A stretch of DNA of 57,552 nt from Poseidonia sp. (GTDB taxonomy: Archaea > Thermoplasmatota > Poseidoniia > Poseidoniales > Poseidoniaceae), in assembly GCF_029250625.1 (NCBI RefSeq), contig NZ_JAQXEX010000031.1, one strand, 5' to 3'. Of this stretch, positions 36,044 through 45,636 are shown in pieces. The translations under genes and the position numbers were made by a program. A model generated the notes under the pieces. That model was not told the origin of the DNA, made no database searches, and saw nothing but the letters and a program-made list of their open reading frames with translations. Position 1 is the first letter of the stretch, and every line of letters begins with the position of its first letter.

Positions 36044-36738
36044 GTTGTCACCACCGTTGGAGGTTCCCCTTCAAACTTGGCAACGGTCAAGTTGACCAAT
36101 ACGTCTCCTAGGCAATAGAACGCTCCTACAAGAAGAGGAGGATTCCAAGCGGTTAATCCAGTCCATGGGACCTCATTAGCCCACGTCCAATTTTGGAGGT
36201 AGGTTCCAAGCAATTCCATTGCAAGAGCCGCCCAGGCCATTGCTGCATAGAGACGAGGTTGTGGTCCCCACTGCGTGAATGCAAGGACAAGGAGGAGAAG
36301 GAATATTCCAGATGTATCTCCTCCAGTCCACAGACCGTACAACACCATGGGTACGAAGGGTAGCAAAAGGGGCATAGCCCATGAAATCTTGAATCGAAGT
36401 GCAGCTCGCCTGCCAAAATCAAAGAGAAAATAGTGACCTGCTGGAACAAACAGTGGCATGAGGTCCCGCTGATATTCATACACAAGCCAAACCTCTGAGA
36501 AAAACAACTCCATTGGTGTTGCGATCGCAACTACTGTAAGCATCTCAATTCGCTCTTTTCGGCCGGTGGACGCATAAATGCGTCCAAAGAGTGCCCAACA
36601 CCAAATGTTAACCGGCCATTCCGCCAGGGAGTCCGGGAGTAGGCCTCCAAGAGCCGTGGCTGAGATCCATAGGCCAACCGCAATGGTGCCAACGTACCAA
36701 AGCGAGCGGTTCATGGTATAGGCGATGAGGTTCTCCAT
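36040..36738 (-). CDS. Polytopic membrane protein of unknown function
   Basis: About 7 hydrophobic segments with an internal repeat (ME....W.Y/W); translationally coupled to its neighbours. Confidence 0.7.
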   Translation of the reverse strand: MENLIAYTMNRSLWYVGTIAVGLWISATALGGLLPDSLAEWPVNIWCWALFGRIYASTGRKERIEMLTVVAIATPMELFFSEVWLVYEYQRDLMPLFVPAGHYFLFDFGRRAALRFKISWAMPLLLPFVPMVLYGLWTGGDTSGIFLLLLVLAFTQWGPQPRLYAAMAWAALAMELLGTYLQNWTWANEVPWTGLTAWNPPLLVGAFYCLGDVLVNLTVAKFEGEPPTVVTT

Positions 36739-36739
36739 T

Positions 36740-37780
36740 TCAGTTTGACCGCTCAATATGGTGCTCAATTTTCACACCGTTTTTGACCATTAGAGAAAGG
36801 GCTCGGTCCAGGAATGGCGAGGGGAGTTCTTCGGGGGAGTAAACGCCTGGTGAGAGAACGTCAGGGTGTTCACACATGGTGAGGGCGGTTGCAAGAGTGA
36901 CCAGCCCGGTTGTTCGGGCCATGGACGAGTCGCCTTTGGAGCCGCTGTCCTCAACTCGCCAGATGAACCTCTGAACATCATTTTCCGCCTTGACTTCCAT
37001 CCATGTGAATTCACTGCGTGTTTTGTCAAGTGTCCATGATTCCAAGAGTGCATCCAGATTCAATTCTCCAGCGTCTCGCTCGTCAATGTAGCGTTGAATA
37101 TGGCCGGGCCAACGAACCGTATATTCAGACATTTCATCCGCTTTCATGGTGTAGAGCAGCGACCTTAGCCCGTCTGAAAGAAAGGCTTCCATCGAACCCT
37201 TTCCACTGACCTCAATGAGATGTCGTTCATCAAGAGCAGGAAGCGTCGCTACACTGGCCTGTCTGACTACACGGGCAGGTCGTGTGTACTCGGCGATGAC
37301 GTCTGCTGGCGAAAACGGTGCCATGTAGGACCAATCGTCATCGGGTTGAGAAGGGTTTCCGCCCACGCGGATTTCAGCATTTCTAAATGTTCCAAGTTTG
37401 GTTTGTGCTTCTGCAAGCAACATGTTCGAGAGGCCAGGGGCAATGCCAACATCCCACACAACGGTAGCGTTGGATTCTACTGCGAGTTCCTGAAGGCGGT
37501 CTGGAGTTTCTTCTGCAAAGGAAAGGTCCACAACGGTTCTACCAAGACGAACAAGTGCCTCGGTACATCCTCCTCCAATTTCGCCCGGCAACATGTTGAC
37601 CACCAAACCGTCAGGAAGTATGTTGAGCCTTTGAGTGATGTCTCCAACGTGCATGGTGATTCCTTGAATGGAATTCGGTTTGAGGTCGTACACGTGAACA
37701 TCGTGTCCGGATTCTACCAGATGCCGTACTACGAATGCCCCGACTAAGCCGCTTCCAAGGCAATGGATCGTTGTCATCAT
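36740..37780 (-). CDS. Saccharopine dehydrogenase / L-lysine 6-dehydrogenase family oxidoreductase
   Basis: Rossmann LGSGLVG, DVGIAPGLSNML, IAEYTRPAR, TVRWPGH, SSMARTTG. Confidence 0.85.
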   Translation of the reverse strand: MMTTIHCLGSGLVGAFVVRHLVESGHDVHVYDLKPNSIQGITMHVGDITQRLNILPDGLVVNMLPGEIGGGCTEALVRLGRTVVDLSFAEETPDRLQELAVESNATVVWDVGIAPGLSNMLLAEAQTKLGTFRNAEIRVGGNPSQPDDDWSYMAPFSPADVIAEYTRPARVVRQASVATLPALDERHLIEVSGKGSMEAFLSDGLRSLLYTMKADEMSEYTVRWPGHIQRYIDERDAGELNLDALLESWTLDKTRSEFTWMEVKAENDVQRFIWRVEDSGSKGDSSMARTTGLVTLATALTMCEHPDVLSPGVYSPEELPSPFLDRALSLMVKNGVKIEHHIERSN

Positions 37781-37783
37781 TGT

Positions 37784-38986
37784 TCACCGTTCTAGGTTTG
37801 ACTCAGCACCCATTGCCAGCATGCTCAATTCTGCGAGAAGTGCATGCCACCCGTGGGCGTGTTCTCCGTACATGTGGCCGGAGCTCGAGTAATCCTCAAA
37901 CCGTGCACTTGGTGAATTAAGGTTGTCCATATCTGATTTTTTAGGATTAATTCTGTAAAACCAAGCTGCAGCTTCCCCATCAACGAGGTACACTACCGGT
38001 TCTACGGGTTCGCCATCGTCGGTAAGCATGGAGGTGGGAATTCCTTCTTGGATGAGGTAATTGTCAACCGCAGCGCCTCCCTTTGCATAGCGAAGTTTGT
38101 TGATTTTACGATTTGAAAGATTCAATATAGCGTCTCCTGAAGTCAGCACCATGATTCCCAAACCATAGGTTCCGCGGTCGTTTTTCATGACCACCGCTGG
38201 CTTTCTATCAATTCCCAATGCATCGTATTTTGATTGAATGTTGGCGATGAATGAATCAATTTCACCAGCAAGTTTTGTACGGCACCCGGTTTCAGTCAGA
38301 CATTTGTCCTCCGAAACAAACCATTCAGGCATCAAATGCCACGGGTCTAACTGTAGAAGTTCTGCAATTTCGTTAACATATCCTTGCAAGCATGAATAAT
38401 GCTCAGATTTTCTTCGTTGGTGCCAACCCATCTCGGGAGGTGGAGAGATGTTGGGTGCGGTAAGTCCCGGTAATGTTCCGTTCGTAAGGTCGTTATTGAG
38501 GAGAATCAAATCTGGTTTCAGTCCTCCAACCAATAACTCACCGTCTTCGTCTAGAGTCACTAAGTCAAGCGTTAATGGACCTGAAATTCCTTTCAATGAG
38601 CCCATTTCATCCAGTTCAGGGGAGCCAATCGTACACTTGAATCCCGCCATTTGAATCAATCGTTGAATGGTCGCAATGTTTTCGATATATCCTTGGTTTC
38701 GCGTGTGGCTTTCAGGATATATGTGCACCCAGGTACAGTTTGGTTGTGTTCGCGTGATGTGAGTTTTGAACAGGTCCGAGAGGGCGCTAAGGTCTTCTTC
38801 AGCAACGTTGTTGAAACCTGCAGGGAAATGATTGGCATCAACAACACCTACTTTCCAACCAGCATCTCTGATGTCGACGCTTCCATAAATTGGAATCGGT
38901 ACTTCTTTTCGCTTCGCACTCATCCAATTCGTAATCAATTCACGCTTGGATTCAAGCAAGGCAGTTATGTCGTGTACATGGGTCAT
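37784..38986 (-). CDS. gshA: Glutamate--cysteine ligase, GshA family (PF08886-like)
   Basis: YGSVDIRDAGWK..VDANHFPAGFNN, PESHTRN, LILLNNDL, GWHQRRKSEH, GTYGLGIM, NLNSP. Confidence 0.85.
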   Translation of the reverse strand: MTHVHDITALLESKRELITNWMSAKRKEVPIPIYGSVDIRDAGWKVGVVDANHFPAGFNNVAEEDLSALSDLFKTHITRTQPNCTWVHIYPESHTRNQGYIENIATIQRLIQMAGFKCTIGSPELDEMGSLKGISGPLTLDLVTLDEDGELLVGGLKPDLILLNNDLTNGTLPGLTAPNISPPPEMGWHQRRKSEHYSCLQGYVNEIAELLQLDPWHLMPEWFVSEDKCLTETGCRTKLAGEIDSFIANIQSKYDALGIDRKPAVVMKNDRGTYGLGIMVLTSGDAILNLSNRKINKLRYAKGGAAVDNYLIQEGIPTSMLTDDGEPVEPVVYLVDGEAAAWFYRINPKKSDMDNLNSPSARFEDYSSSGHMYGEHAHGWHALLAELSMLAMGAESNLER

Positions 38987-40767
38987 GGTAAAACCTCGCT
39001 GAGTAGGGTGTGGATGTCTCCGCCCCTTTTGACTCTTCCACCATTAATGAGGTGCATGGATTCGAATAATCCAAGTCCGAGAGCAAGTTCAGACTGTCCT
39101 TTGAAGATCGGTGAGAGACTCTCATATTTGGTTACAAGTTGTTCTGTTTCGGAAGAAAATTCGTCAAGGAAAGTTTGCAGCATGGTCGGTGATGTTGCTC
39201 TTCCTGCCGGCATTTTTGGCCGCCTAACTATTTCTTTAGGAAGTCCAGTAAGATTTGCTGCTTCTCGTAGGGCAGCTTTTTCCTCCATGTTCGGAGGCAA
39301 TCTCCACTCCATCGGCAACGCGTTCGCAGCACTAAGATGAGGCGCTCCGAGGAACGGCACGCGCACTTCAAGCGAATGGGCCATGGAATGGCGGTCAACA
39401 AGGCGCAGTTGGAAATTGCTCAGTTGGCCGTGGTCCAATTCAAACTGCAGGAACGTGCTGAGGTCCTTGGTCTGTTCTTCTGGTCGTTGGTGGGGTGAAA
39501 ACCAGCCCTCTTCCTCGGTTAGCGGGCCGTTTTCAAGTGAGTTTTGGACGGTTGAGGGAAGGGATTGGAGCCGTTGACGAAGGAGATGAGCGTGTTGGGG
39601 AAGGTCCCTGTAGCGAGGATATCCTGCATGCAATTCGTCAGCACCCTGGCCACATAATCCCACTTTGACCTTTTTCGCCATCGTTTCGAAGAGGGGTTGG
39701 AAAAACAGAACCGTTACGTCAATGTCTTCCCCGTGCCAAATCAAATTTGGCAGAGCCCGTTCAAACGCATCGGGTTCGAGAATGTGTTGATGATGGCGAA
39801 GGTCAAAATGCGAGGCGACCAGTTCCGCCGCTTTCCAATCTGGATTGTCTTCGCTTTCCGCCACAGTCCAACACTCGGGTACGGGTTGTTCCGCTCGTGA
39901 AGCAGCTTCTTGAGCAACCGCTGCAACAAGACTTGAATCAAGTCCTCCGGACAGCACGATGCCAACCGGTACGTCCGCCATCAATCGCTGTTGGACGCTG
40001 GAAACGAACGAGTCAAGGAGCATCGGTCCTTGTGTTACAGGATTCCAAGAGGTCTCAGGGTCCACGATTTGTCGTCGAATCGTGGCTCTTCCAGACATAA
40101 AAGCCTCGCCCTCATCGTTGAGTTCCCACGTTTCAACCGTGCCGGGGCGTACTTGAGTGACTCCTTTGAGGAGCGTTGTGGCATCAAGAGGGTATTCCCA
40201 AACCATCCGTGCAGCGAGTGCAACCTCGTCCAGTTCGGGGACGTGTCGTTCATCAGCTCGCAGCGCTTTTACTTCACTAGCAAACAAGAGCGTTCCTTCC
40301 ACTTCAGTCTTTACCAGCGGTTTGATTCCAAGGGAGTCGCGGGCGAGTATCAGTTGTTGATTCAAGCCATCCCACAACGCTATGGCGTACATTCCGTCAA
40401 GTTGTTCCAGCCACGATGCATGGTCGCTTGCGCTTGGACTCTGGTGATTGTTTGCAAGATATTGCTCATGCAGTGCGAGAATGACCTCGCTGTCACCCGA
40501 GGTGGTGAACGGGTAGTTCGTGAGTTTTGAACGGAGTTGACGATGGTTGTAGATCTCTCCGTTCACGATGAGTGTATGTTCGTTTGACCCATGAATCGGC
40601 TGCTGGCTGCCGTGAACGTCCACAATTGCCAGGCGTGCGTGGGCAAAGGCGACGTGATCATTGGACCAGACATTTTGCCCGTCAGGTCCACGATGAACCT
40701 GCAGTTGATTCATTCGTTGAACAACGGCGGTGTCGGGGTTGCCTAGCATCCCACCAATACCGCACAT
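38983..40767 (-). CDS. asnB: Asparagine synthase (glutamine-hydrolysing) family amidotransferase
   Basis: N-terminal MCGI, HRGPD, NGEIYNH, LSGGLDSS, GQGADELHAGY, SLEVRVPFL. Confidence 0.9.
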   Translation of the reverse strand: MCGIGGMLGNPDTAVVQRMNQLQVHRGPDGQNVWSNDHVAFAHARLAIVDVHGSQQPIHGSNEHTLIVNGEIYNHRQLRSKLTNYPFTTSGDSEVILALHEQYLANNHQSPSASDHASWLEQLDGMYAIALWDGLNQQLILARDSLGIKPLVKTEVEGTLLFASEVKALRADERHVPELDEVALAARMVWEYPLDATTLLKGVTQVRPGTVETWELNDEGEAFMSGRATIRRQIVDPETSWNPVTQGPMLLDSFVSSVQQRLMADVPVGIVLSGGLDSSLVAAVAQEAASRAEQPVPECWTVAESEDNPDWKAAELVASHFDLRHHQHILEPDAFERALPNLIWHGEDIDVTVLFFQPLFETMAKKVKVGLCGQGADELHAGYPRYRDLPQHAHLLRQRLQSLPSTVQNSLENGPLTEEEGWFSPHQRPEEQTKDLSTFLQFELDHGQLSNFQLRLVDRHSMAHSLEVRVPFLGAPHLSAANALPMEWRLPPNMEEKAALREAANLTGLPKEIVRRPKMPAGRATSPTMLQTFLDEFSSETEQLVTKYESLSPIFKGQSELALGLGLFESMHLINGGRVKRGGDIHTLLSEVLP

Positions 40768-41013
40768 GACCTGCCGTTACGGGGCTTCCTTTTGAAGGAA
40801 TGTTCAAACCATCGTTGAAAAAATCACCAAAGTGGGTAACGGAACATTGTAATTACGAGGAAAATCATTGCAAGTCCAAAACCAACGTAGTAAGCGATTT
40901 GGGGCGGGTCGTTATGTTGGGACTCATCAGACATGGGCTCTCCTCAATTGAAACCAAGAATGCCCCCCATTTGAATATGTTGAGCGAATTCTTTGCAGAA
41001 AATAGTTTGTGTC

Positions 41014-41637
41014 TCACATTACTTGGGCAAATGGTTCCAATAAAAGAACCAAGGCAAGCGGTATGAGAAGCATGGTTGCATTGTCATCAATGTAACGCAA
41101 TCGCGGCCATTCAGCGATCATGCACACAGGCGCTAGGAGCAGGGCTATCCAGAGGGGCGTATCAAATTGTAAAGAGCTGACGAGCCATATTGCAAGGATG
41201 ACACCAGTTGATATCATCATGACTTGGCGTGTAGCGATTCCTTTTCTGCGTAATTCTCCCATGAGCGGGTCTCCAAAAGCCAATGAGACAATCAGTGGGT
41301 ATGCATATGCCTCATGCGGTACAAGCAGCAGGACCATTCCAATTCCAAATGCCCCCCATGCCAGAGCAGATACCTGCTTTGCCTCATAATCACGCTGTCC
41401 AAAAATGGTGATTCCATATCGCAACCGAAGGCTTTCGGCCACAAGTGCAAACAGGACGACAGAAGCAACGACTTGGTCCAAGTCCATGTTGACCTTTGAC
41501 GCTACATCCTCTCCGATACTAAAGTAGAGAAGTGGGATTGCTGCCATGCCTAAATGAATGACTCTGCGGAAGATGTGACCTGTCATCCCACCAACAGAAG
41601 TTTCGACCGGGTTTGTTAGTTCAACTTGACCGCTCAT
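41014..41637 (-). CDS. Polyprenol/diacylglycerol kinase-like (CTP-dependent) membrane protein
   Basis: RRVIHL, LAFGDPLMG and IDDN motifs; multiple TM helices. Confidence 0.6.
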   Translation of the reverse strand: MSGQVELTNPVETSVGGMTGHIFRRVIHLGMAAIPLLYFSIGEDVASKVNMDLDQVVASVVLFALVAESLRLRYGITIFGQRDYEAKQVSALAWGAFGIGMVLLLVPHEAYAYPLIVSLAFGDPLMGELRRKGIATRQVMMISTGVILAIWLVSSLQFDTPLWIALLLAPVCMIAEWPRLRYIDDNATMLLIPLALVLLLEPFAQVM

Positions 41638-42532
41638 CTGTATCCCCTAACAAGATACCCAATGCGTTCCCAATATCAATTGTGCCCTCCGTGAGAAGGT
41701 CAAGACATTCATTGTAGGATGGATGAGTCACAAGCCGTCGTTCATGACTCGCCAGTAATCGCTCTCTCATTCGTGCTCGCGTGGCTCGTCCGGATGGCTT
41801 GAGATGAAGCAACAGGTCTGATGCTGGTTCAATACCGATGTCATGTAGGCCCGACGTCAGCAACACTGGTGGAGATTCGCTTTGTCCAAGGTTGAAGGAT
41901 TCTTGAAGTTCCGAAGCATGTTTTTGTGCTCCGTCAAGGTCGGCTTTATTGACGAGTACAGCATCAGCCAATTCGAGCAATCCAGCCTTTTCAGCTTGTA
42001 TACCATCACCTCTGGCAGGCCCTTCTACAACGATGATTCGGTCGGCTACCGCAGCACATCGCAATTCAGATTGGCCGGAACCCACGGTTTCAATCAGGAC
42101 TCGGTTCCACCCGCAGGCGTGAAGAAACGAAGCCATGTCTTCAACGATCAGTGGTACGCTTCCAGATGCAGTCCGTGTTGCGATTGAACGAACATAGACG
42201 TGGTCTTTGATCTCGGGATCGTCCACTGAAGTCATTCGTACTCGGTCACCAAGAAGGGCTCCCCCGGTCCGAGGGGAACTTGGGTCAACGGCGAGAAGAG
42301 CAAGTTTGTGGCCTTGCTTCGCCCAACGTGTCATGAGAGCATCCACTAGGACCGATTTTCCAACGCCAGGCGCTCCAGTAATGGCCATGGTGCTCCATGT
42401 TGATTCGGTGGAATCCATTGTTGAGGGCGGGTTCACTTCCTCGTGAGTAAACGTCCCGTTCTCAATGGCGGATAAGACTCGGGCAAGGGCGCGACGTTCG
42501 CCGTTGAGCGCACGTGCAACTTCATCTTGCAT
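41621..42532 (-). CDS. meaB: MeaB/ArgK-family GTPase chaperone of methylmalonyl-CoA mutase
   Basis: ITGAPGVGKS, AVDPSSPRTGGALLGDRVRM, IETVGSGQSE, NKAD. Confidence 0.92.
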   Translation of the reverse strand: MQDEVARALNGERRALARVLSAIENGTFTHEEVNPPSTMDSTESTWSTMAITGAPGVGKSVLVDALMTRWAKQGHKLALLAVDPSSPRTGGALLGDRVRMTSVDDPEIKDHVYVRSIATRTASGSVPLIVEDMASFLHACGWNRVLIETVGSGQSELRCAAVADRIIVVEGPARGDGIQAEKAGLLELADAVLVNKADLDGAQKHASELQESFNLGQSESPPVLLTSGLHDIGIEPASDLLLHLKPSGRATRARMRERLLASHERRLVTHPSYNECLDLLTEGTIDIGNALGILLGDTDERSS

Positions 42533-42543
42533 GGAAGGTCACC

Positions 42544-42990
42544 TCATGCCTTGGATTCCCAATGCCAGTCGTTTCCTTGGCCAACTCCAGCATCGTCCAT
42601 ATTGTTAGCATGCTGGATGAATTCAAGAATTTCCGAGGTCGGCGTTCCAGGGCCAAAGATGGCCTTGATACCCGCGTTGAACAGTTCAGGCCGGTCTTCG
42701 TGGGGGATGATTCCTCCACCGAATACGATGACATCCTCTAAGCCCTCGTTGACGAGCAATTCGCACACTTTTGGAAACAGGTGGCTGTGGGCTCCAGAAA
42801 GGGAAGAAAGGCCCAAGAAGCGAGCGTCTTCGTCTCGTACGGTCTCAACGATTTGTTGCGCAGTCCGACGAAGGCCAGTGTAGATCACTTCATGGCCAGC
42901 GTCACGAAGCGTGCGGGCAACGACCTTGGCTCCACGGTCATGCCCGTCGAGTCCGGGTTTGGCGACAACAATACGAAGCGGTTGGGCCAT
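42544..42990 (-). CDS. Cobalamin-binding small subunit of methylmalonyl-CoA mutase
   Basis: KPGLDGHDRGAKVV (DxHxxG), LSSLSGAH, GGIIP, IFGPGT. Confidence 0.93.
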   Translation of the reverse strand: MAQPLRIVVAKPGLDGHDRGAKVVARTLRDAGHEVIYTGLRRTAQQIVETVRDEDARFLGLSSLSGAHSHLFPKVCELLVNEGLEDVIVFGGGIIPHEDRPELFNAGIKAIFGPGTPTSEILEFIQHANNMDDAGVGQGNDWHWESKA

Positions 42991-43125
42991 GAACTGAGGA
43001 ACAGGCGCCTCCCTATCAACACACCCCTTGGGTGAAACTTGAATCTGCCCTCAACAGCCGTTTTCACGGATTTACAAGAGCAACGCATAAGGGCGGCGTT
43101 TTCATCCATCCGAAGGGGGAAGTCC

Positions 43126-44679
43126 ATGTCAAGTACAGAAGACCGTCTAAAAGACCTCAGAAATCGAAAGTCTCGTAGTGAGGCTGGAGGAGGTCAAGCA
43201 CGCGTTGAAGCCCAGCATAATCGTGGTAAAATGACTGCTCGAGAGCGCCTTGAAATGCTTTTGGACGACGGAAGTTTTCAAGAAATTGATGCTTTGGTTG
43301 AACACCGATGTCGGGATTTCAATATGGACAAGAACGTGATTCCAGGAGACGGGGTTGTCACCGGTCACGGTACGATCAACGGAAGGCAAGTGTTTGCCTT
43401 TGCTCAGGATTTTACCGTCTACGGTGGTTCTCTCGGCGAAATGCACGGGCTTAAAATTTGTAAAGTCCTTGATATGGCTCTTAAAACCGGCCGGCCGGTC
43501 ATTGGAATGAACGATTCAGGTGGAGCTCGAATTCAAGAAGGGGTAGCTTCGTTAGGTTCCTATGCAGAAATTTTCTTCAGGAATGTAAGAGCCTCTGGCG
43601 TCGTCCCTCAAATCTCAGTGATTATGGGTCCGTGTGCTGGTGGGGCAGTTTATTCTCCAGCCATCACCGATTTTGTCATCATGGTCGACCAAACTGCTCA
43701 TATGTTCATCACCGGGCCAGAAGTCATCAAAACCGTCACCAATGAAGTCGTGTCGTTTGAAGACCTTGGAGGCGCCTCAACCCATGGGTCAAAATCAGGC
43801 GTATCCCACTTCACTGCCTCAGACGATGAGGACGCCATTTCGATGGCTCGTGACCTGTGCGACCTGCTCCCTCAAAACAACCTCGAGCGCCCGCCTATCA
43901 AGAAAACCAGCGACTCAAGAGACCGTTTGTGCGATGCACTGGACAGCATCATACCCGAAGATTCTTCAAAACCCTACGACGTTGTTGATGTGATTACCGA
44001 AGTCCTTGATGACGGTGGTTTCATGGAAGTTCAATCCGAATGGGCGCGGAACATCGTTATCGGATTTGGGCACTTGGACGGAAACACCGTTGGCGTGGTG
44101 GCCAATCAGCCAAAAGTTCTCGCAGGTTGCCTTGACATTGATGCAAGCGATAAGGCGGCTCGCTTCGTCCGATTTTGTGATGCGTTCAATATTCCAATTC
44201 TCACCTTTGAGGACGTACCTGGGTTCTTGCCTGGGACCAATCAGGAATGGGGAGGAATCATCCGGCACGGTGCAAAACTTCTCTATGCCTTTGCTGAAGC
44301 TACCGTTCCAAAGCTGACGGTTATTCTTCGCAAGGCGTACGGCGGAGCCTACGATGTTATGTCCAGCAAACACATTCGCGGTGACTACAATGTGGCTTGG
44401 CCCAGCGCCGAGTTGGCCGTGATGGGCGCTGATGGCGCCGTTGAAATCATTCATCGTCGTCGAATCGCCCATTCCCGCAACCCGGAACAGGAGCGAGAAC
44501 GGTTGACCGAGGATTTCAAAGAAACATTTGCGAACCCGTACAAGGCAGCGGCATTGGGGTATCTTGATGACGTCATTGAACCGAACCAAACACGTCAACG
44601 GTTGTGCAGGGCGCTCGCCATGCTGATGGATAAAGAAGAACTTCGTCCAGCCCGGAAACACGGAAATATTCCTTTGTGA
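43126..44679 (+). CDS. pccB: Acyl-CoA (propionyl/methylmalonyl-CoA) carboxyltransferase beta subunit
   Basis: [43 protein letters not shown]. Confidence 0.93.
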   Translation: MSSTEDRLKDLRNRKSRSEAGGGQARVEAQHNRGKMTARERLEMLLDDGSFQEIDALVEHRCRDFNMDKNVIPGDGVVTGHGTINGRQVFAFAQDFTVYGGSLGEMHGLKICKVLDMALKTGRPVIGMNDSGGARIQEGVASLGSYAEIFFRNVRASGVVPQISVIMGPCAGGAVYSPAITDFVIMVDQTAHMFITGPEVIKTVTNEVVSFEDLGGASTHGSKSGVSHFTASDDEDAISMARDLCDLLPQNNLERPPIKKTSDSRDRLCDALDSIIPEDSSKPYDVVDVITEVLDDGGFMEVQSEWARNIVIGFGHLDGNTVGVVANQPKVLAGCLDIDASDKAARFVRFCDAFNIPILTFEDVPGFLPGTNQEWGGIIRHGAKLLYAFAEATVPKLTVILRKAYGGAYDVMSSKHIRGDYNVAWPSAELAVMGADGAVEIIHRRRIAHSRNPEQERERLTEDFKETFANPYKAAALGYLDDVIEPNQTRQRLCRALAMLMDKEELRPARKHGNIPL

Positions 44680-44688
44680 GTTGAAACC

Positions 44689-44880
44689 ATGGCTGGAAAA
44701 GACGATGAATTGCGAATGGCAGCCATTGCTGCTGTACTTGCTGCTACAAAGCAACAAGGCGAAGACCCAGCGGAAGTTGCTCGTCGGCCTGGGAAGCCCT
44801 GGTCACAAGATCACCGGCGGATGGTTACCGGCCGCTCGTCTCTTATGCACGCACGAAGCCAACGCTCACCATGGAGGTAA
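44689..44880 (+). CDS. Small acyl-CoA carboxylase accessory (epsilon-like) subunit
   Basis: DELRMAAIAAVLAA...W...RR pattern; fills the gap between the CT and BCCP genes exactly. Confidence 0.6.
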   Translation: MAGKDDELRMAAIAAVLAATKQQGEDPAEVARRPGKPWSQDHRRMVTGRSSLMHARSQRSPWR

Positions 44881-44884
44881 TCTC

Positions 44885-45295
44885 ATGTCAGAAACACGAA
44901 AAGTCATTGTCAACGGCACGGAATACGAAGTTGAACTCGAAGGGGAAGGCACATCTTGGAAAGCAACGGTAGAGGGGGTCACTTTCGACATAGAAATGCC
45001 TGATGCGCCTCCTGCACCAAAGCAACGTCGATCTGGTGGAGGTAAGAAAAAGAAGTCGGGAACGGTTTCAGCCAACATCCCTGGTAAAGTTGTCACCGTT
45101 GAGGTCTCCGTGGGTGATGAAGTCGCGGAAGGGCAAGTGATTCTCATTCTTGAAGCCATGAAAATGCAAAATGAAATCCAGGCTCCTGTCACGGGAACTG
45201 TCATTTCAGTCCATTGCGACGAAGGAGAGGCAATCGAGGCAAATGTCCCTCTCGTAGTCATCGAGCCTATTCCTGACCCCGAAGCAGAAGAATGA
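44885..45295 (+). CDS. Biotin carboxyl carrier protein
   Basis: LEAMKMQNEI biotinylation motif; GGAGGT RBS. Confidence 0.93.
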   Translation: MSETRKVIVNGTEYEVELEGEGTSWKATVEGVTFDIEMPDAPPAPKQRRSGGGKKKKSGTVSANIPGKVVTVEVSVGDEVAEGQVILILEAMKMQNEIQAPVTGTVISVHCDEGEAIEANVPLVVIEPIPDPEAEE

Positions 45296-45352
45296 TTCTT
45301 TTTCGCTGGGATGAGGCAAGAGTTAATCAAGCATAGAAGGATAGTTGCTCAC

Positions 45353-45592
45353 ATGCCGAACAAACCCGTTTGTGATTTACCCGGATGCGGAGAGGAAGGG
45401 ACCGTCGTTTCTCGGCTCTCTCCCGAAGGTTACCTCGTCGCAACGGGAAAGAAGGCGTATTCCTTCAGGGAAGCCTATCGTCGCTTCCACTATTGCTCTG
45501 GGCATCATGATGAACTCATGGGGGGCGTTTGGTCCCGAGTTCGCAAGCCCGATGACAAAAAGGACGGCCACGTCGCCCCAACTGCCATCTGA
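45353..45592 (+). CDS. Small putative Zn-binding protein
   Basis: CDLPGC...YCSGHH; TTAATC box at -30. Confidence 0.55.
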   Translation: MPNKPVCDLPGCGEEGTVVSRLSPEGYLVATGKKAYSFREAYRRFHYCSGHHDELMGGVWSRVRKPDDKKDGHVAPTAI

Positions 45593-45636
45593 TGGCTAGT
45601 GGTGATGCTGATATACCTACCACTCTTAGGAAGCCC

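Noticed and set aside
40800-41066. 88-aa + strand ORF
   Set aside because: No motifs, overlaps the end of the opposite-strand gene and has no clear start signal; cannot be supported.
44681-44884. N-terminal extension of BCCP (204-aa ORF)
   Set aside because: Better explained by the separate 63-aa ORF 44689-44880 and an RBS-preceded ATG at 44885.
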